The notes: generated from the sequence alone by a model not told the origin. 64,000 bases of DNA from Felis catus (GCF_018350175.1 NC_058368.1:91638001-91702000), one strand, 5' to 3'; numbered from the stretch's first letter, positions 1 to 11,207 are shown. Made by a program: numbers and translations.

Positions 1-27
1 AGTAAGAAATTAACTGTAATAACTTAC

Positions 28-561
28 TGTAGCAGGCAGAGTTCTAGGACAGCCCTCAGGATTCCCACCCCTTGTTGTACACACTTTGTATAATTCCCTC
101 CCCGGTGATTATGACGGTATCACTCCTTTGAGTTGCCAATGAGTTGGCTGAGTTCATTACAAATCTTATCTTTGGTGGGCCTGACATAAGCAGGTGAGGT
201 CTTAGAAGGGACTGGGTCCTTCCTGAAGTCAGAGGGATCTGAAGCATGAGAGCATGTGTGGAGGGGGCACATGTCAAGGAACTCTGAGTGGCCTCTAGAT
301 GCTGAGAGTGGCCCCTGGCCAGCAGCCAGCAAGAGAATGGGGCTTGCAGACCACAAGGAACCACATGAGTTTTAAAGGGGATCCAGAGGTCTAGAAAGAA
401 ACACCCAGCTGATGCATTGATTTCAGCCTCAAGAGACCATGAGCAGGGAAGCAAACTTGGCTGTGTTCAGACCTTTGACCACAGAAAGCATAGTAAATGT
501 GTATTGTTTTAAGCCACGGATTTTGTGACAATTTGTTACACGGCAATTGCAAACTAATACA
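28..561 (+). mobile_element. MaLR solo LTR (MLT1E/F-like)
   Basis: TG...CA ends, typical MLT1 3' end (ttttaagccac...tttgttacacggcaat...aactaataca), 5-bp TSD cttac/attac. Confidence 0.8.
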
Positions 562-717
562 ATTACTATTAACTAAAAAGGACCAGGTCGAATTCCTTAG
601 TAACAATATCCCACTGTTAATCTAGCAAGGTTTCAACAAAGACCTCTGTGAGGAGCAGCATGAAGCCATGAGTCCATTCCCACCACCTATGATTTTTTAA
701 AAAAATTTCTAATGTTT

Positions 718-919
718 GGGGCGCCTGGGTGGCGCAGTCGGTAAGCGCCCGACTTCAGCCAGGTCACGATCTCGCGGTCCGTGAGTTCGAGCCCTGTGTC
801 GGGCTCTGGGCTGATGGCTCAGAGCCTGGAGCTTGTTTCCGATTCTGTGTCTCCCTCTCTCTCTGCCCCGCCCCCGTTCATGCTCTGTCTCTCTCTGTCC
901 CAAAAATAAATAAACGTTG
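718..919 (+). mobile_element. Young Can-SINE (SINEC_Fc-like)
   Basis: GGGGCGCCTGGGTGGCGCAGTCGG head, CT tract, AATAAA tail; perfect 17-bp TSD aaaaatttctaatgttt (701-717, 920-936). Confidence 0.95.
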
Positions 920-936
920 AAAAATTTCTAATGTTT

Positions 937-941
937 ATATA

Positions 942-991
<50 letters not shown>

Positions 992-1159
992 CATGAGCTA
1001 GTGAGGGGCAGAGAGAGAGAGGGAGACACAGAATCCGAAGCAGGCTCCAGGCTCCGAGCTGTCAGCCCAGAGCCTGATGCAGGGCTCGAACCCCTGAAAG
1101 GTGAGATCATGACCTGAGCCAAAGTTGGACACTCAACCGACCGAGCCACCCAGGTGCCT
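937..1159 (-). mobile_element. Can-SINE with (GA)n tract; tail interrupted by the 718-919 SINE
   Basis: Reverse-complement tRNA-like head (gagccacccaggtgcc) and (GA)n. Confidence 0.9.
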
Positions 1160-1239
1160 GCTTCACCACCTCCAATTTTTAAGATGCTTTTAATATACCC
1201 ATATTATATCTTGGTTGGAGATGATTAGAATTTTGATCA

Positions 1240-1650
1240 ATAATAGATCTGGCATATGAGAAAATATTTGGGAAATCATATATCTGTTAAGGATGTAGTA
1301 TCCAGAAAATATAAAGAACTCTTACAGCTCAGCAACAAAAAGACAACCTGATTTAAAAATAGGCAAAGGGGGGTGCTCAGGTGGCTCAGTCAGTTAAGCA
1401 TCTGATTCTTGGTTTCGGCTCAGATCATGATCTTGGCGGTTTGTAGGTTCGAGCCCCAAATCTGGCTCTGTGCTGACAGTGCAGAGCCTGCTTAGGATTC
1501 TCTCTCTCTCTCTCCCCCCCCGCCTTCTCTCTCTCACCCTCCCCTCCAAATGCCCCCTCTCAAAATAAATAAATAAACTAAAAAAAAAAATTAAAGTTGT
1601 TCACTTAATTTTATGTGATGTGAATTTTACCTCAATTTAAAAAATACATG
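1240..1650 (+). mobile_element. Old L1 3' fragments (ORF2 end and terminal 3'UTR) flanking a SINE
   Basis: gagaaaatattt...tatccagaaaatataaagaactcttaca...aaaataggcaaag, and gtgaattttacctcaatttaaaaa. Confidence 0.7.
1368..1590 (+). mobile_element. Can-SINE
   Basis: tRNA-like head, CT tract, A tail. Confidence 0.9.
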
Positions 1651-1739
1651 TGATATTGAAAATAACAAAGCTGTATCTTAGTTGTTCTTAAGTGACTTTG
1701 TGATTTATTTTTTACCCATCTTTAAAAAGTGAATGACAG

Positions 1740-3560
1740 ACTTTTTTTTCAGATCACCCTAGTTTTTCCTCTAATGTCCCATTCCTACTCCAGAATCCCA
1801 TCCAAGGCACCACATTTGCATTTCATTGTTATGTCTTCCTGACCTATAGCATTTTCTCAGTCTTTCCATGTTTTTCATGACCTTGACAATTTTTGGACAT
1901 AGTGGTCAGGTATTTTGTCGAATGGTCTTCAGTTTGGGCCACTCTTATGATTAAAGTAGGTTATGCGGGCTTGGGAAGAATAGCATCAAGGTAGATTGCC
2001 ATTGTCCTGACATCATGTCAGGTCCATGATGTCACATGACCTATCACTGGTGCCATTAACCTTGATCACTTGATTAAAGTTGTGTCTGCCAGATTTTACA
2101 TTATAAAGTCACTATCTTCCTTTCTCTGCCTTTAGGAAGTGAGGAAGTCTAACCCTCACTCAAGGAGGGTGGAACTTAGCTCCACATCTCGGAGAGGGCG
2201 GTATCTACATATATTATTGGGCATTCTTCTGTAGGGAAGAGTTGTCTCTTCTCCCCACCTATTTATTCAGTCATTTGTATCAGTATATAACTTATGGTTG
2301 GTTTCTAACTTAATCTTTGGGTTATAATCCAATACTGCATTATTTTTATCTTGTTGCCAAAATTATTCCAGCTTTGGCCATTTTGAGCCTTTTCGGGTAG
2401 GTTTTGTGTTTCTTTGATATACTCTTCCCTCCCTTCCTTTTTTCAAAAAGGACCTCCTTTCTTTCTGCCACTACAAGGCACTCCAGGTTCATCTTGTGTA
2501 TTTCCTGCCCTGGGCCTAGAATCAGCCATATCTCCAATGAGCCCTGGTTCCTTTTCTTAGAGAATGGTATTTAGAAACCAAGATTTGGGTGCTGGGTGTG
2601 CTTGATGTTTCCAGGGTGTCATTGATTATAGGTTTTCTCTGCAGACATCTATAGTATATATGTGTGCATATTCGCTCCCCTCTGTACACATACCTATGAA
2701 TATTTCTGTATGTATCTTCCTGTAGGCATTAGATGTGACCTCATAGTGATGTCTCTGATTAATTCAGCACAAGATGGTTCATCCTGTCTTTCCCACTTTG
2801 TGTATTTATAACTTCTCTTTTGGACAATGAGCAGCCCAGCTCTCATTACCAATAGTTTATTTACTCACTTGTTTGTTGCTAATGTCTGTAAAGTAGTTTC
2901 AAAATTGCTAACCTGTACCCCTGTGAGAACCAACTTTACCTACTGGAGTACAGCATTTCCAGACAGTTCCTTTTGTGTCCAGCCTTACAGTTCTTGATCA
3001 AGATGCTATTTTGCATGTAGGTCAACTACATGTTTTTTCCTAACACTTTCAGTGAGTTATGTCATACAGCTTTTTTTAAGTTAGTTTATTTTTGAGAGAG
3101 AGAGAGAGGGAGGGAATGTGAGCACAAGCAGGGGAGGGCAGAGAGAGAGAGAATCTCAAGCAGGCTCTGCATGTCAGTTCAGAGCCTGACGCGGAGCTCA
3201 AACTCACAAACCACGAGATGATGACCTGAACCAAAATCAAGAGTCAGACACTTAACTGACTGAGCCACCCAAGTGCTGCTGTCACACAGTTTTAACATAG
3301 TTGGATTCACTTGTCACAGCCCACATTTCATCCAGGGATTCTCTGATATCCTGGTTGATTTTTTTTTAAATTGCATCCATTAAAGTTCACTCTTTGTGAC
3401 GTACAGTCTTAAAGGTTTTGACAAATGTGTAGAGTCATGTGTCCAGCACCTCAGTGCCTTACAGAACAGTCCCGTTACCCGACAATCTTCTCATTGTACT
3501 TCCTTCCTCGCTCTCCAACCTTTGGCAACCCCAGATCTGATTTCTGTCCTTTTAGTTTTG
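1740..3560 (-). mobile_element. Ancient L1 3' region (L1MC-like), degraded
   Basis: Motifs typical of L1MC 3'UTRs (catgaccttgaca, cttgatcacttgattaa, ccaggttcatcttgtgtatttcctgccc, gaatggtatttagaaaccaagat). Confidence 0.7.
3071..3279 (-). mobile_element. Can-SINE
   Basis: Reverse head, GA tract, T tail. Confidence 0.9.
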
Positions 3561-3664
3561 TAAGGCCTGACTGTGGGTAGCAACTGTTTGTTTGTTGTTA
3601 GTTACGAACATTGCTTGTAAGCAGAGGTTGTCTTGCTTTGTGATTGGAGCTGGTTGCTACCAGG

Positions 3665-3840
3665 ATTGAGGTCCCATCCTGGCGCTTACATTGCCCTCTG
3701 TGGTCTCAGTTTTCTCATCTGTAAATGGGTGTAATAATAGTCCCAGCCTCATGGCGGGTATTGGCAGGGCTAGACGGGATAACAGTTGTGGGCACAGTGC
3801 CTGGCCCCCATCAAGTAATCAGTGTCCTCAGTAATAATGC
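3665..3840 (+). mobile_element. MIR
   Basis: Core ctcagttttctcatctgtaaatggg...ataatag...cacagtgcctggc. Confidence 0.75.
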
Positions 3841-4218
3841 TCGCTATTTGTTATCTTCCTCATCATCATGCCAAGGCATGAAAAAAAAAAAAAAGAATGT
3901 CAGAGGCCAGAAAATGCTGCCTTCTTGGGTTGATGGTGGTAGTGAGAATGCACGCAGGGGCTCTTCCCTGTGGGGGCGGGAGGAGGGCAGAGGATTTGTG
4001 CCCTGCACAGAGAGGGTCCTCTGTTGCGTCCTGGGAGTTCGTGTCCCAGGGAGGATGGAATCACCTGTCATTCACAAATTGTCCTCTGCGGGGAGGCCGT
4101 AGGGCTTCATTTTGGTTCTTCCTCTACTTCCAGAATTTTTTTTTTTTAACTAAAAAAATGGTATTAGAACACAGGAAGGATTTCTTCTTCTTCTTCTCCT
4201 CCTTCTCCTCCTCCATTT

Positions 4219-4452
4219 TTTTTCATTAAGATATAATTTTATTGAGATATAATTGATATACGGTGTATATATAATATAGTATAAGCTTAAGGTTATATAG
4301 CACAATGACTCTTAACTTACATGGTTTGTGAAATGATTACCACCATAACTTTGGTAAACATCCATCATCTCATATAGTTACAAAAAAAGTGTTTTTTCTT
4401 TGTGATGAGAACTTTTAGGATCTATTTTCTTAACAACTTTCAAATATACCAT
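4219..4452 (-). mobile_element. 5'-truncated L1 3' end (L1MA9/L1_Carn-like)
   Basis: tttattgagatataattga...gtgatgagaacttttaggatctattttcttaacaactttcaa; flanked by ctcctccattt repeats. Confidence 0.8.
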
Positions 4453-4469
4453 CTCCTCCATTTGTTTTT

Positions 4470-4683
4470 TAATTTTTTTTTAACGTTTATTTATTTTTGA
4501 GACAGAGAGAGACAGAGCATGAATGGGGTAGGGGCAGAGAGAGAGGGAGACACAGAATTGGAAACAGGCTCCAGGCTCTGAGCCATCAGCCCAGAGCCCG
4601 ACGCGGGGCTCGAACTCACAGACCGGGAGATAATGACCTGAACTGAAGTTGGACGCTTAACTGACTGAGCCACCCTGGCGCCC
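4470..4683 (-). mobile_element. Can-SINE (SINEC_Fc-like)
   Basis: Full body; TSD ctcctccatttgttttt (4453-4469, 4684-4700). Confidence 0.92.
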
Positions 4684-4700
4684 CTCCTCCATTTGTTTTT

Positions 4701-4849
4701 GAGAGAGAGAGCGTGAGGGGGGAGAGAGAGAGAAAGAGGATCCAAAGTTGTCACCAAATAGCCTGATGCGGGGCTCAGACTTACAAGCCTGGAGATCATG
4801 ACCTGAGCTGAAGTTGGATGCTTAACTGACTGAGCCACCCAGGCGCCCC
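4701..4849 (-). mobile_element. Can-SINE (host of nested insertions)
   Basis: Reverse head gagccacccaggcgcccc; degenerate TSD at 4170-4185 and 4850-4865. Confidence 0.88.
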
Positions 4850-6299
4850 CACAGGAGGGGCTTCTAAAAGAAGTAAATCACCATACTCTGTACACCCAAG
4901 GGGGTTCATATTTTGGTAGCTGCTGTCACCCAGTGCCTGAATTTTCGTACAGATGTAGACCTTTTATTGATGGTCTCATAAACATTTCTCCCCCTTTTTG
5001 CCACATAGTGTTCATAATGATACTAAACGAAATAGGGCAGTTTTATCAGGGGCTTCGCCACCCTTCTCTAAACCACTCCCACTGTTTTGGGGTGCAACTT
5101 CATGGGTATCATTCTTTGCTCCTGCTGATTTTTATTTTCTCAAGATATATCCCCTAGAGCAGGAATCCTCTGTCCAAGAGGATAGGAATGTCTCTGTGGC
5201 TTTATTTATATCATTTTACAGAAATAAATCATTCTGTCCTTTTTTTGTATGTTAACTTATATTTCATCAAAATGCGACCGTTGGAGGCTATGATCAAACA
5301 TCTGGCCAAGTGGCCCAGACTAGTGCTCCCACACGTCATTAATAAATTTATCATCTAACTGTGTAATGCTTTTCTGAGAACCATGATTTTCCTGGAGTAA
5401 TTTTCTCCACAGTGCTCACTACCCCCCTCCCACCCCCCCCACCAGGCAACTTCAAGTTCTCCTCCTCCTTACTCTTGGAGGGAACGGCTCCCAAAGTCTC
5501 AGGGACTTTTTTCTCAGAAACTCATCCTTTATTTACTTTAGGAGTCAGGACTTGTTTGCATATGTAAAACCAGGACCATATTGTTTGCAGATGCTAGAGG
5601 TGCTGCCAGATAATTGAATGTAAAAAAGTTGTGGCTTTTAAATCTTTTTTTTTTTGTTTTGTTTTGTTTTGTTTTTTTTTACAAACCTGGACACAAAGGA
5701 ATATTTTCTTGAATGCAGAACGAAAAAAAAAAAAAAAAACCAGGGAAATAAAGATTGTGGGATTGGGTTTCTAATTCAAACATTTCACTTTGTGTTCCTG
5801 ATAGTGGCATTTCAAACCCACAGAAAGTTCGGGGCCTGGAGTGGCGGTGGGGGGGTGGGCGGTAAGCTAGAGGGTAGCTGGTAAAACTGCAGATTCACTG
5901 TATAATCCAGAGAAACACGGGCATAAAAGGAGTTAGGATAAGTGATCAAACAAAAACTCAATCCCAGTATTTTATGACCCCACCTACTAGCATTAACAGT
6001 AAAGCGCCCCCCCCCAATAGTTTCCTGTTTAGTTTTTTATTTTACGATAAGAGCAGTTCAGAAGTCATTGTATTTCCTATCAGTATTTGATAAAGCCTCC
6101 CTCCCTTTCAGGAGAGCCGCCCAGATGTGATCGCGGGCTGTTAAAACGAATTGGCTTTTAGCTTTAAATGCTTTTGTTTAAAAAAAGGAAATTAGTATGG
6201 CTTCTAGCCTGTCTAGCAATGATAAAAACAGATGAGAGGGTCACACAAATTGGCTTAAACGAGAAGGCTGGATTCTTTTTCCACGTAAAATTTGAAATC

Positions 6300-6545
6300 T
6301 GTAATAGTATCCGCAAGTACGATGTGGTGCGCGGGTGGGGGGTGGGGGGGGCAGTGAGTTATGAGGTCCCTCTCACGCCAGTATCCGCATCTGCAGGCGG
6401 CTTCTGAGTTCTGGTTCAGTGACAGTGGATGGTCCTTGCCTTGCCGCTGCAAGCAGTAGTAGCTCAGGGCAACACAGCCCGCCCGGCGGGGCGGGGCCGG
6501 GGGAGGCAGGGCGGTGCTGGTGGGCTGAGGGGTGGGGGGAGGTTT
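6300..6545. promoter_or_regulatory. GC/CpG-rich patch with Sp1/KLF GC boxes and G-quadruplex potential (intronic)
   Basis: GGGGCGGGGC at 6488-6497, GGGCGG at 6509-6514, CCCGCCC at 6478-6484; several G-runs; local CpG excess in non-repeat sequence. Confidence 0.45.
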
Positions 6546-6707
6546 GTAGGGCTCCTGATCCTGGGCTGCTCCAGCCAGAGGCAGACAGGACTTGGCTGGA
6601 GTCCCATCTCCTTTGAAAATTCCAGGCTTGGTGGGTCAGGGGCTCAAAACTAGGGATGTCATTCTTATCTCCTGGAAAGCAGTTCTTTAGAAATAACAGT
6701 TTTGGAA

Positions 6708-7245
6708 GGGTGCCTGGGTGGCTCAGTCAGTTGAGCATTTGACTTCACCTCAAGTCATGATCTCCCGTCTGTGGGTTCGGGCCCCACATGGGTCTCCGTG
6801 CTGACGTCTCAGAGCCTGGAGCCTGCTCCGATTTTGTGTCTCCCTCTCTCTCTGCCCTTCCCCCGCTCGCGCTCTGTCTCTTTCTCTCTCAAAAAATAAA
6901 TACATATTTAAAAAATACGTTTGGGGTGCCCAGCTGGCTCAGTTGGTAGGGCACAGGACTCTTGATCTTGGGGTTATGAATAAGCCCCACGTTGGGTACA
7001 GAGATTACTTTAAAATAAAAAGTAAAAAAAAACCAACAACAACCCAGTTTTGGGGCTCCTGGGTGGTTCAGTCGGTGGAGCGTCCAACTTTGTCTCAAGA
7101 TATGATCTTGAGGTTCGCGAGTTCAAGCCCCACATCAGGCTTGCTGCAGACAGCTAGTCAGTGCAGAGCCTGGTTCAGATCCTCTGTCCCCCCTCTCTGC
7201 CCCTCCCTTGCGCTCTCCCAAAAGTAAATAAATATTTTAAAAAAT
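6708..7245 (+). mobile_element. Three tandem Can-SINEs (6708-6915, 6923-7030 short form, 7052-7245)
   Basis: Three successive gggtgcc/ggggctcc heads, each with an A-rich tail. Confidence 0.9.
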
Positions 7246-8287
7246 AACAGTTGTATTTGCTTGCTGTACCGTTTTCAAGGGCTTTTAAATTTTTATTTAT
7301 TTATTTATTTTTATTGAGAAAGATTACATTTTTAGGTTTGAACCTAAACCAAACATTTCAGGTTTAGCGGTGGTATCGCATTTTGTCACTCAACCTGTTT
7401 AGGATTTGCTTTGTTTTACCTTTAGGGAGATTTTTCTTTGCTTCCTAGAGAAAGGCTAATGCCTTATTTATTCTTGTTGGGACTCAAGTCTTGGCTAGTT
7501 TTGGGATTATGAGCCAGTCATTTCACCTTCCTAAACCTAGATTTGGGCTTTGGGACTAATTTCTTCTTTTTTTTTTTTTCTAAGCTTGTCCCCTCAGTGC
7601 AAGGCAGGGACAATAATCAGGATCTCTGAGGTTACAGTTAAACCATCATAGCGGAGCTGTGATGTTTGACCCTATTTCTGGGGTAATTCTTTCCCCTTCA
7701 CCCAAATCTAGCACAGGACTGGGCATGCGTAGATGATCTTGTTAGACTGTGCTCAGCCAAATTTTCTAGGCCAAGGATCCCTGCTGGTAAGAAGAAAGGA
7801 AGATGTCATCAGGGTGGATTAGGCCTGGGCCTGGGGTCTGAGGCCAGTGGGTTGGCAGGTGGGGCTGCAGGGAGGGAACCTGGGTCTTCCTGGGTCGGGG
7901 CCTGATCTGTGGACCAAGGGCTAGAAGGGCCAGTTTTGGTGTGGCCTGCCCAGCCTCCCTCTCCTCTGCCTTCCCATCTGCATGCTGACTGCACGGTCAC
8001 TTTGGCTTTTCTGGATTTGTATTTAAAAATGTAACAAAGCAGAAACCTGCCACCTTCTTTTCAGGGACTCCCAAATAATTGTTGCATGTTTATTTTCGTT
8101 TCTCCTCTCATACCCAGACTGCCTGTAGCATTTAACTACCTTGTAATAAATGTTCTTGAAAATGCCACTGCCGACGTAGATCTTTCCAATACATCGTTTT
8201 TTGCTGATTTTTCCACTTTTACACCTCTCCACTCTCAAACTCATGCTGGTCTTTTTTTTCTCCCCTCTCTTTTCTTCCCTAATTCAG

Positions 8288-8354
8288 AAGTTGGAGGGAC
8301 TGGTCAAGCACCGGACGGTTCGGGAAGCGCCGACCGAGTGTGTCTGCCCCCCAG
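8288..8354 (+). CDS. COL23A1: Collagen alpha-1(XXIII) chain, internal coding exon (exon 2 equivalent; end of the non-collagenous NC1 region with the furin site)
   Basis: Polypyrimidine tract and CAG acceptor (8251-8287), then 67 nt reading K-L-E-G-L-V-K-H-R-T-V-R-E-A-P-T-E-C-V-C-P-P + G, then a CAG|GTAAGT donor (GT at 8355). The peptide closely matches human COL23A1 as I recall it (KLDGLAKIRTAREAPSECVCPP), including R-x-x-R and CxC just before the first Gly-X-Y domain. Confidence 0.93.
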
Positions 8355-8607
8355 GTAAGTGGATATTTGATTCTTGTGGGCCCTTGACTTCCCAGAGGCC
8401 TGGTGTCCTGTCTCCTATCTGCTCAAAACTGCTGAGGACATGGTCAAGAGCTTGCATGGGTTTCAGTCTGTCTGTTGTACCTCGTGGACCATCCGGCGTC
8501 TTTCTTCCTGTCTTCCCTGACCAGATGACTAGTCAAAGATTCTAGCAGGGTGAACTGCCCTGGTTTGATGAAGATGGTGATCTTGGGGTAGGAATTAAGG
8601 AACTGTT

Positions 8608-8675
8608 AGAAATGACTTATGATGAAAACAAACAAACAAAACAAAACAAACAAAAAAGAAATGACTTATGATGAA
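8608..8675 (+). repeat. 19-bp direct repeat flanking a 30-bp A-rich (AAAC)n tract
   Basis: agaaatgacttatgatgaa at 8608-8626 and 8657-8675. Confidence 0.85.
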
Positions 8676-9666
8676 GGCTTAGGTACTGGGACGGTGAAAG
8701 CCATCCTGTTTCAAAGACAGAAACAGGCATGGACCATCCACACAGTATTAACTGTGATTCCAGCTCTGTTCAGACATGAGGGGGTAAATAAGTACTCTGG
8801 TGACTGTAGGTTTTTTGGTTTTCATTTCTTTCGGTGGAGGTAGAGGGGGGAAGATGGGAATGATGGTCTGAATGATTCAAATAAGAATGTCTATCTTGGG
8901 TTTTGGTGGTGCAACCAGGATGGCTGTGAATAAGACCAGGATTTGTGGATTCCCAGTTCATGTGGCTGAATTCTGACGCCTATCAGGTCTTCCGGTTGTC
9001 CTCATGGGAGCTTGGCACAGACCATCATTGAAGTCTGTGTGCTGTCTTGGCCCTGGTATTTTCAGGGCAAGAATTCTCCTCTGTAGAACAGTGTGTAATA
9101 CCAGTGAATGAGTTGAAAATCGCAACACTTCTTAGATTTCCCACTATGCCGGACAACGTGGAAAACACGGGAGCTGAGCCCAGGGGCCCCTGTCCTTGCT
9201 GTCATTCCTTCCATTAGCCAAGCTGTCTGGCATTTCCCAATCCACTTCAGCTGGCCTAGACACAAAGCTCATTGAACATTAACATCTCCATATTGGGAGA
9301 TGCCCTGGGGTTTCTATAAAGGTGGATCTCCTGGTATGAAAATTTCTGGTCTCTGAGGGCCCAGTGGAAGAGGATCTTAGGGACGAGCTTGAGTTAGTCT
9401 TTAATAGCACCTCTAACATTTTAATAGCAAAAAGGACATGACAAGTAATGACATCATTAACAGATCATCAAGTCAGATGTTTGATTCAATGGGGGGAAAT
9501 ACTCAGATCGACACCTGAGTTTTAGGATGATCTGAAAAATGCATACAATAGGAGTGATTCCTCTTGTTTTTTTTTTTTTTATTTCCCCCCCACCTCTTTC
9601 TAAGTATTGTATGCATGTCAATTCACGTGAGCTATGTAGGTAAGTATTTTTTAAATTGGGAGTCAC

Positions 9667-9888
9667 GGGGAGCCTGGGTAGTTCTGTCGGTTAAGTGTCT
9701 GACTTCGGCTCTGGTCATGATCTCATGGCTCATGGGTTCGGGCCCTGAGTGGGGCTCTGGCTGACATCTGGGAGCCTGGAGCCTGCTTCAGATTCTGTGT
9801 CACCCTCTCTCTTTCTGCCCTTCCCCCCGTTCATGTTCTGTCTCTCTCTCTCTCTTTCAAAAATAAATGAACATTAAAACAATAAATA
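9667..9888 (+). mobile_element. Can-SINE
   Basis: Head, CT tract, tail; degenerate TSD aa(t/c)tggg..gtcac. Confidence 0.9.
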
Positions 9889-10566
9889 AACTGGGGTCAC
9901 AAAGCATTTGTGAGATATGAAATCAGTTCCGTGGGTTGCAGCCAGCGTTTTGAAATGTTGAACTAGCCATAGACTGGAATAAAAACATATTGGAGAGAAA
10001 TTTTTGTTTGAGCTATTTCTATCTGTAGTGTATGGCCTGGATGGCGATTGAAATGGGTTTCCTGCTCTGCAATGCTGACCGTAAGTTTGAAAGTCCCAAA
10101 TAGAGATAGACATGTAGAGGAGGCAGTGAGGGGGCATGGAGCTCCTAAATAAATCTGAACCAGGTTCAAATCTTGGTCTGTCACTTATTAACAATCAAGA
10201 TCTTTATCAAAAAATGGTAACAGTATTGGAGTGGGCTCTGTAGGCATTTTTGAGGTCATAGAGAAAGGGTAGGTCAAAGCCCATGAGCCCGGAGGGATCC
10301 TGTGACCTGCCTCCCTTTTGGAGGGTCCTGAACCACCAAGAGAAGTTCCAAGAGAGTCCCAGGGAAGACCCTGGGGACTGAAAGTCTGGTCATAACCCCC
10401 CTAGTCCTGCCGAGAGGAGGGCAGTGACCTACCCTGCTCTTGGAGGGGTCCCCTGCTGGTGGTCAGGACTACACTGCTGTTGTCAGAGGGTCTCAGGGCT
10501 GCTATCAAGCTGTCCTGGGAGGTGTGCTCAGGTTGGTCAGTGTGGCCAGCGTGGCCAGGCCCTAAT

Positions 10567-10724
10567 GCATGAGCAGGGGAGGGACAGAAAGAGAGAATCC
10601 CAAGCAGGCTCCACACTGTCAGTGCAGAGCCTGATGGGGGGCTCAAACTCAGGAACTGTGAGATCATGACCCAAGTTGAAACCAAGAGACAGATCCTTAA
10701 CCAACTGAGCCACCCAGGCGCCTC
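10567..10724 (-). mobile_element. Can-SINE (tail missing)
   Basis: Reverse head and body. Confidence 0.85.
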
Positions 10725-11207
10725 TCATTGGAGCCCTTTGGCCCGGAGACCTTCATCGATGCAAACCCCTGTCAGCTGGCACATTCTCCCTGTCACAAAA
10801 AGGACAGAAGCCTTTTTCTCTAGCACTGGAAGCCTTCACTGATTCCTGTCTCCGGGGCTCTGATCTGCCCCGCAGCTGTTTGGAGTCAGGACACGCAAAC
10901 CGCCCTCTGTAGCTTTGGTCCCCATCTGATTTGACATATTCACAGATGCCCACTGCCCACCCCCGTTTCTTCTCATGGCCTGGGGACTGTGTGATCCTTT
11001 GTCAGATCCTGGGAGATCTGATCAAACAGATAAGCGAGGCCAGAGGAGGGGGCATCTCTTCCGTGTGTTGTCCATTGTGAAGAGAAAGCCATGGAGCTGA
11101 GAAGGGAGCAGGCCCCTTGCCCAACCCAGCGGTGAGAAGACTGGCAGGGCTGTGCCCTGTGACCTCAGACAAGGGAGGGGCCTGAGCCTTGCTCCTCTCG
11201 TCTATAA

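Noticed and set aside
718..800. tRNA genes suggested by A/B-box-like motifs
   Set aside because: These are tRNA-derived SINE heads followed by CT tracts and poly(A), not cloverleaf tRNA genes.
709..1149. Recurrent ORFs such as MAQSVK... and ...VREFEP... throughout the window
   Set aside because: All are translations of Can-SINE bodies, not a gene family.
8201..8545. 114-aa ORF as a stand-alone gene
   Set aside because: Only 8288-8354 is protein-like and bounded by splice sites; the rest is intronic read-through.
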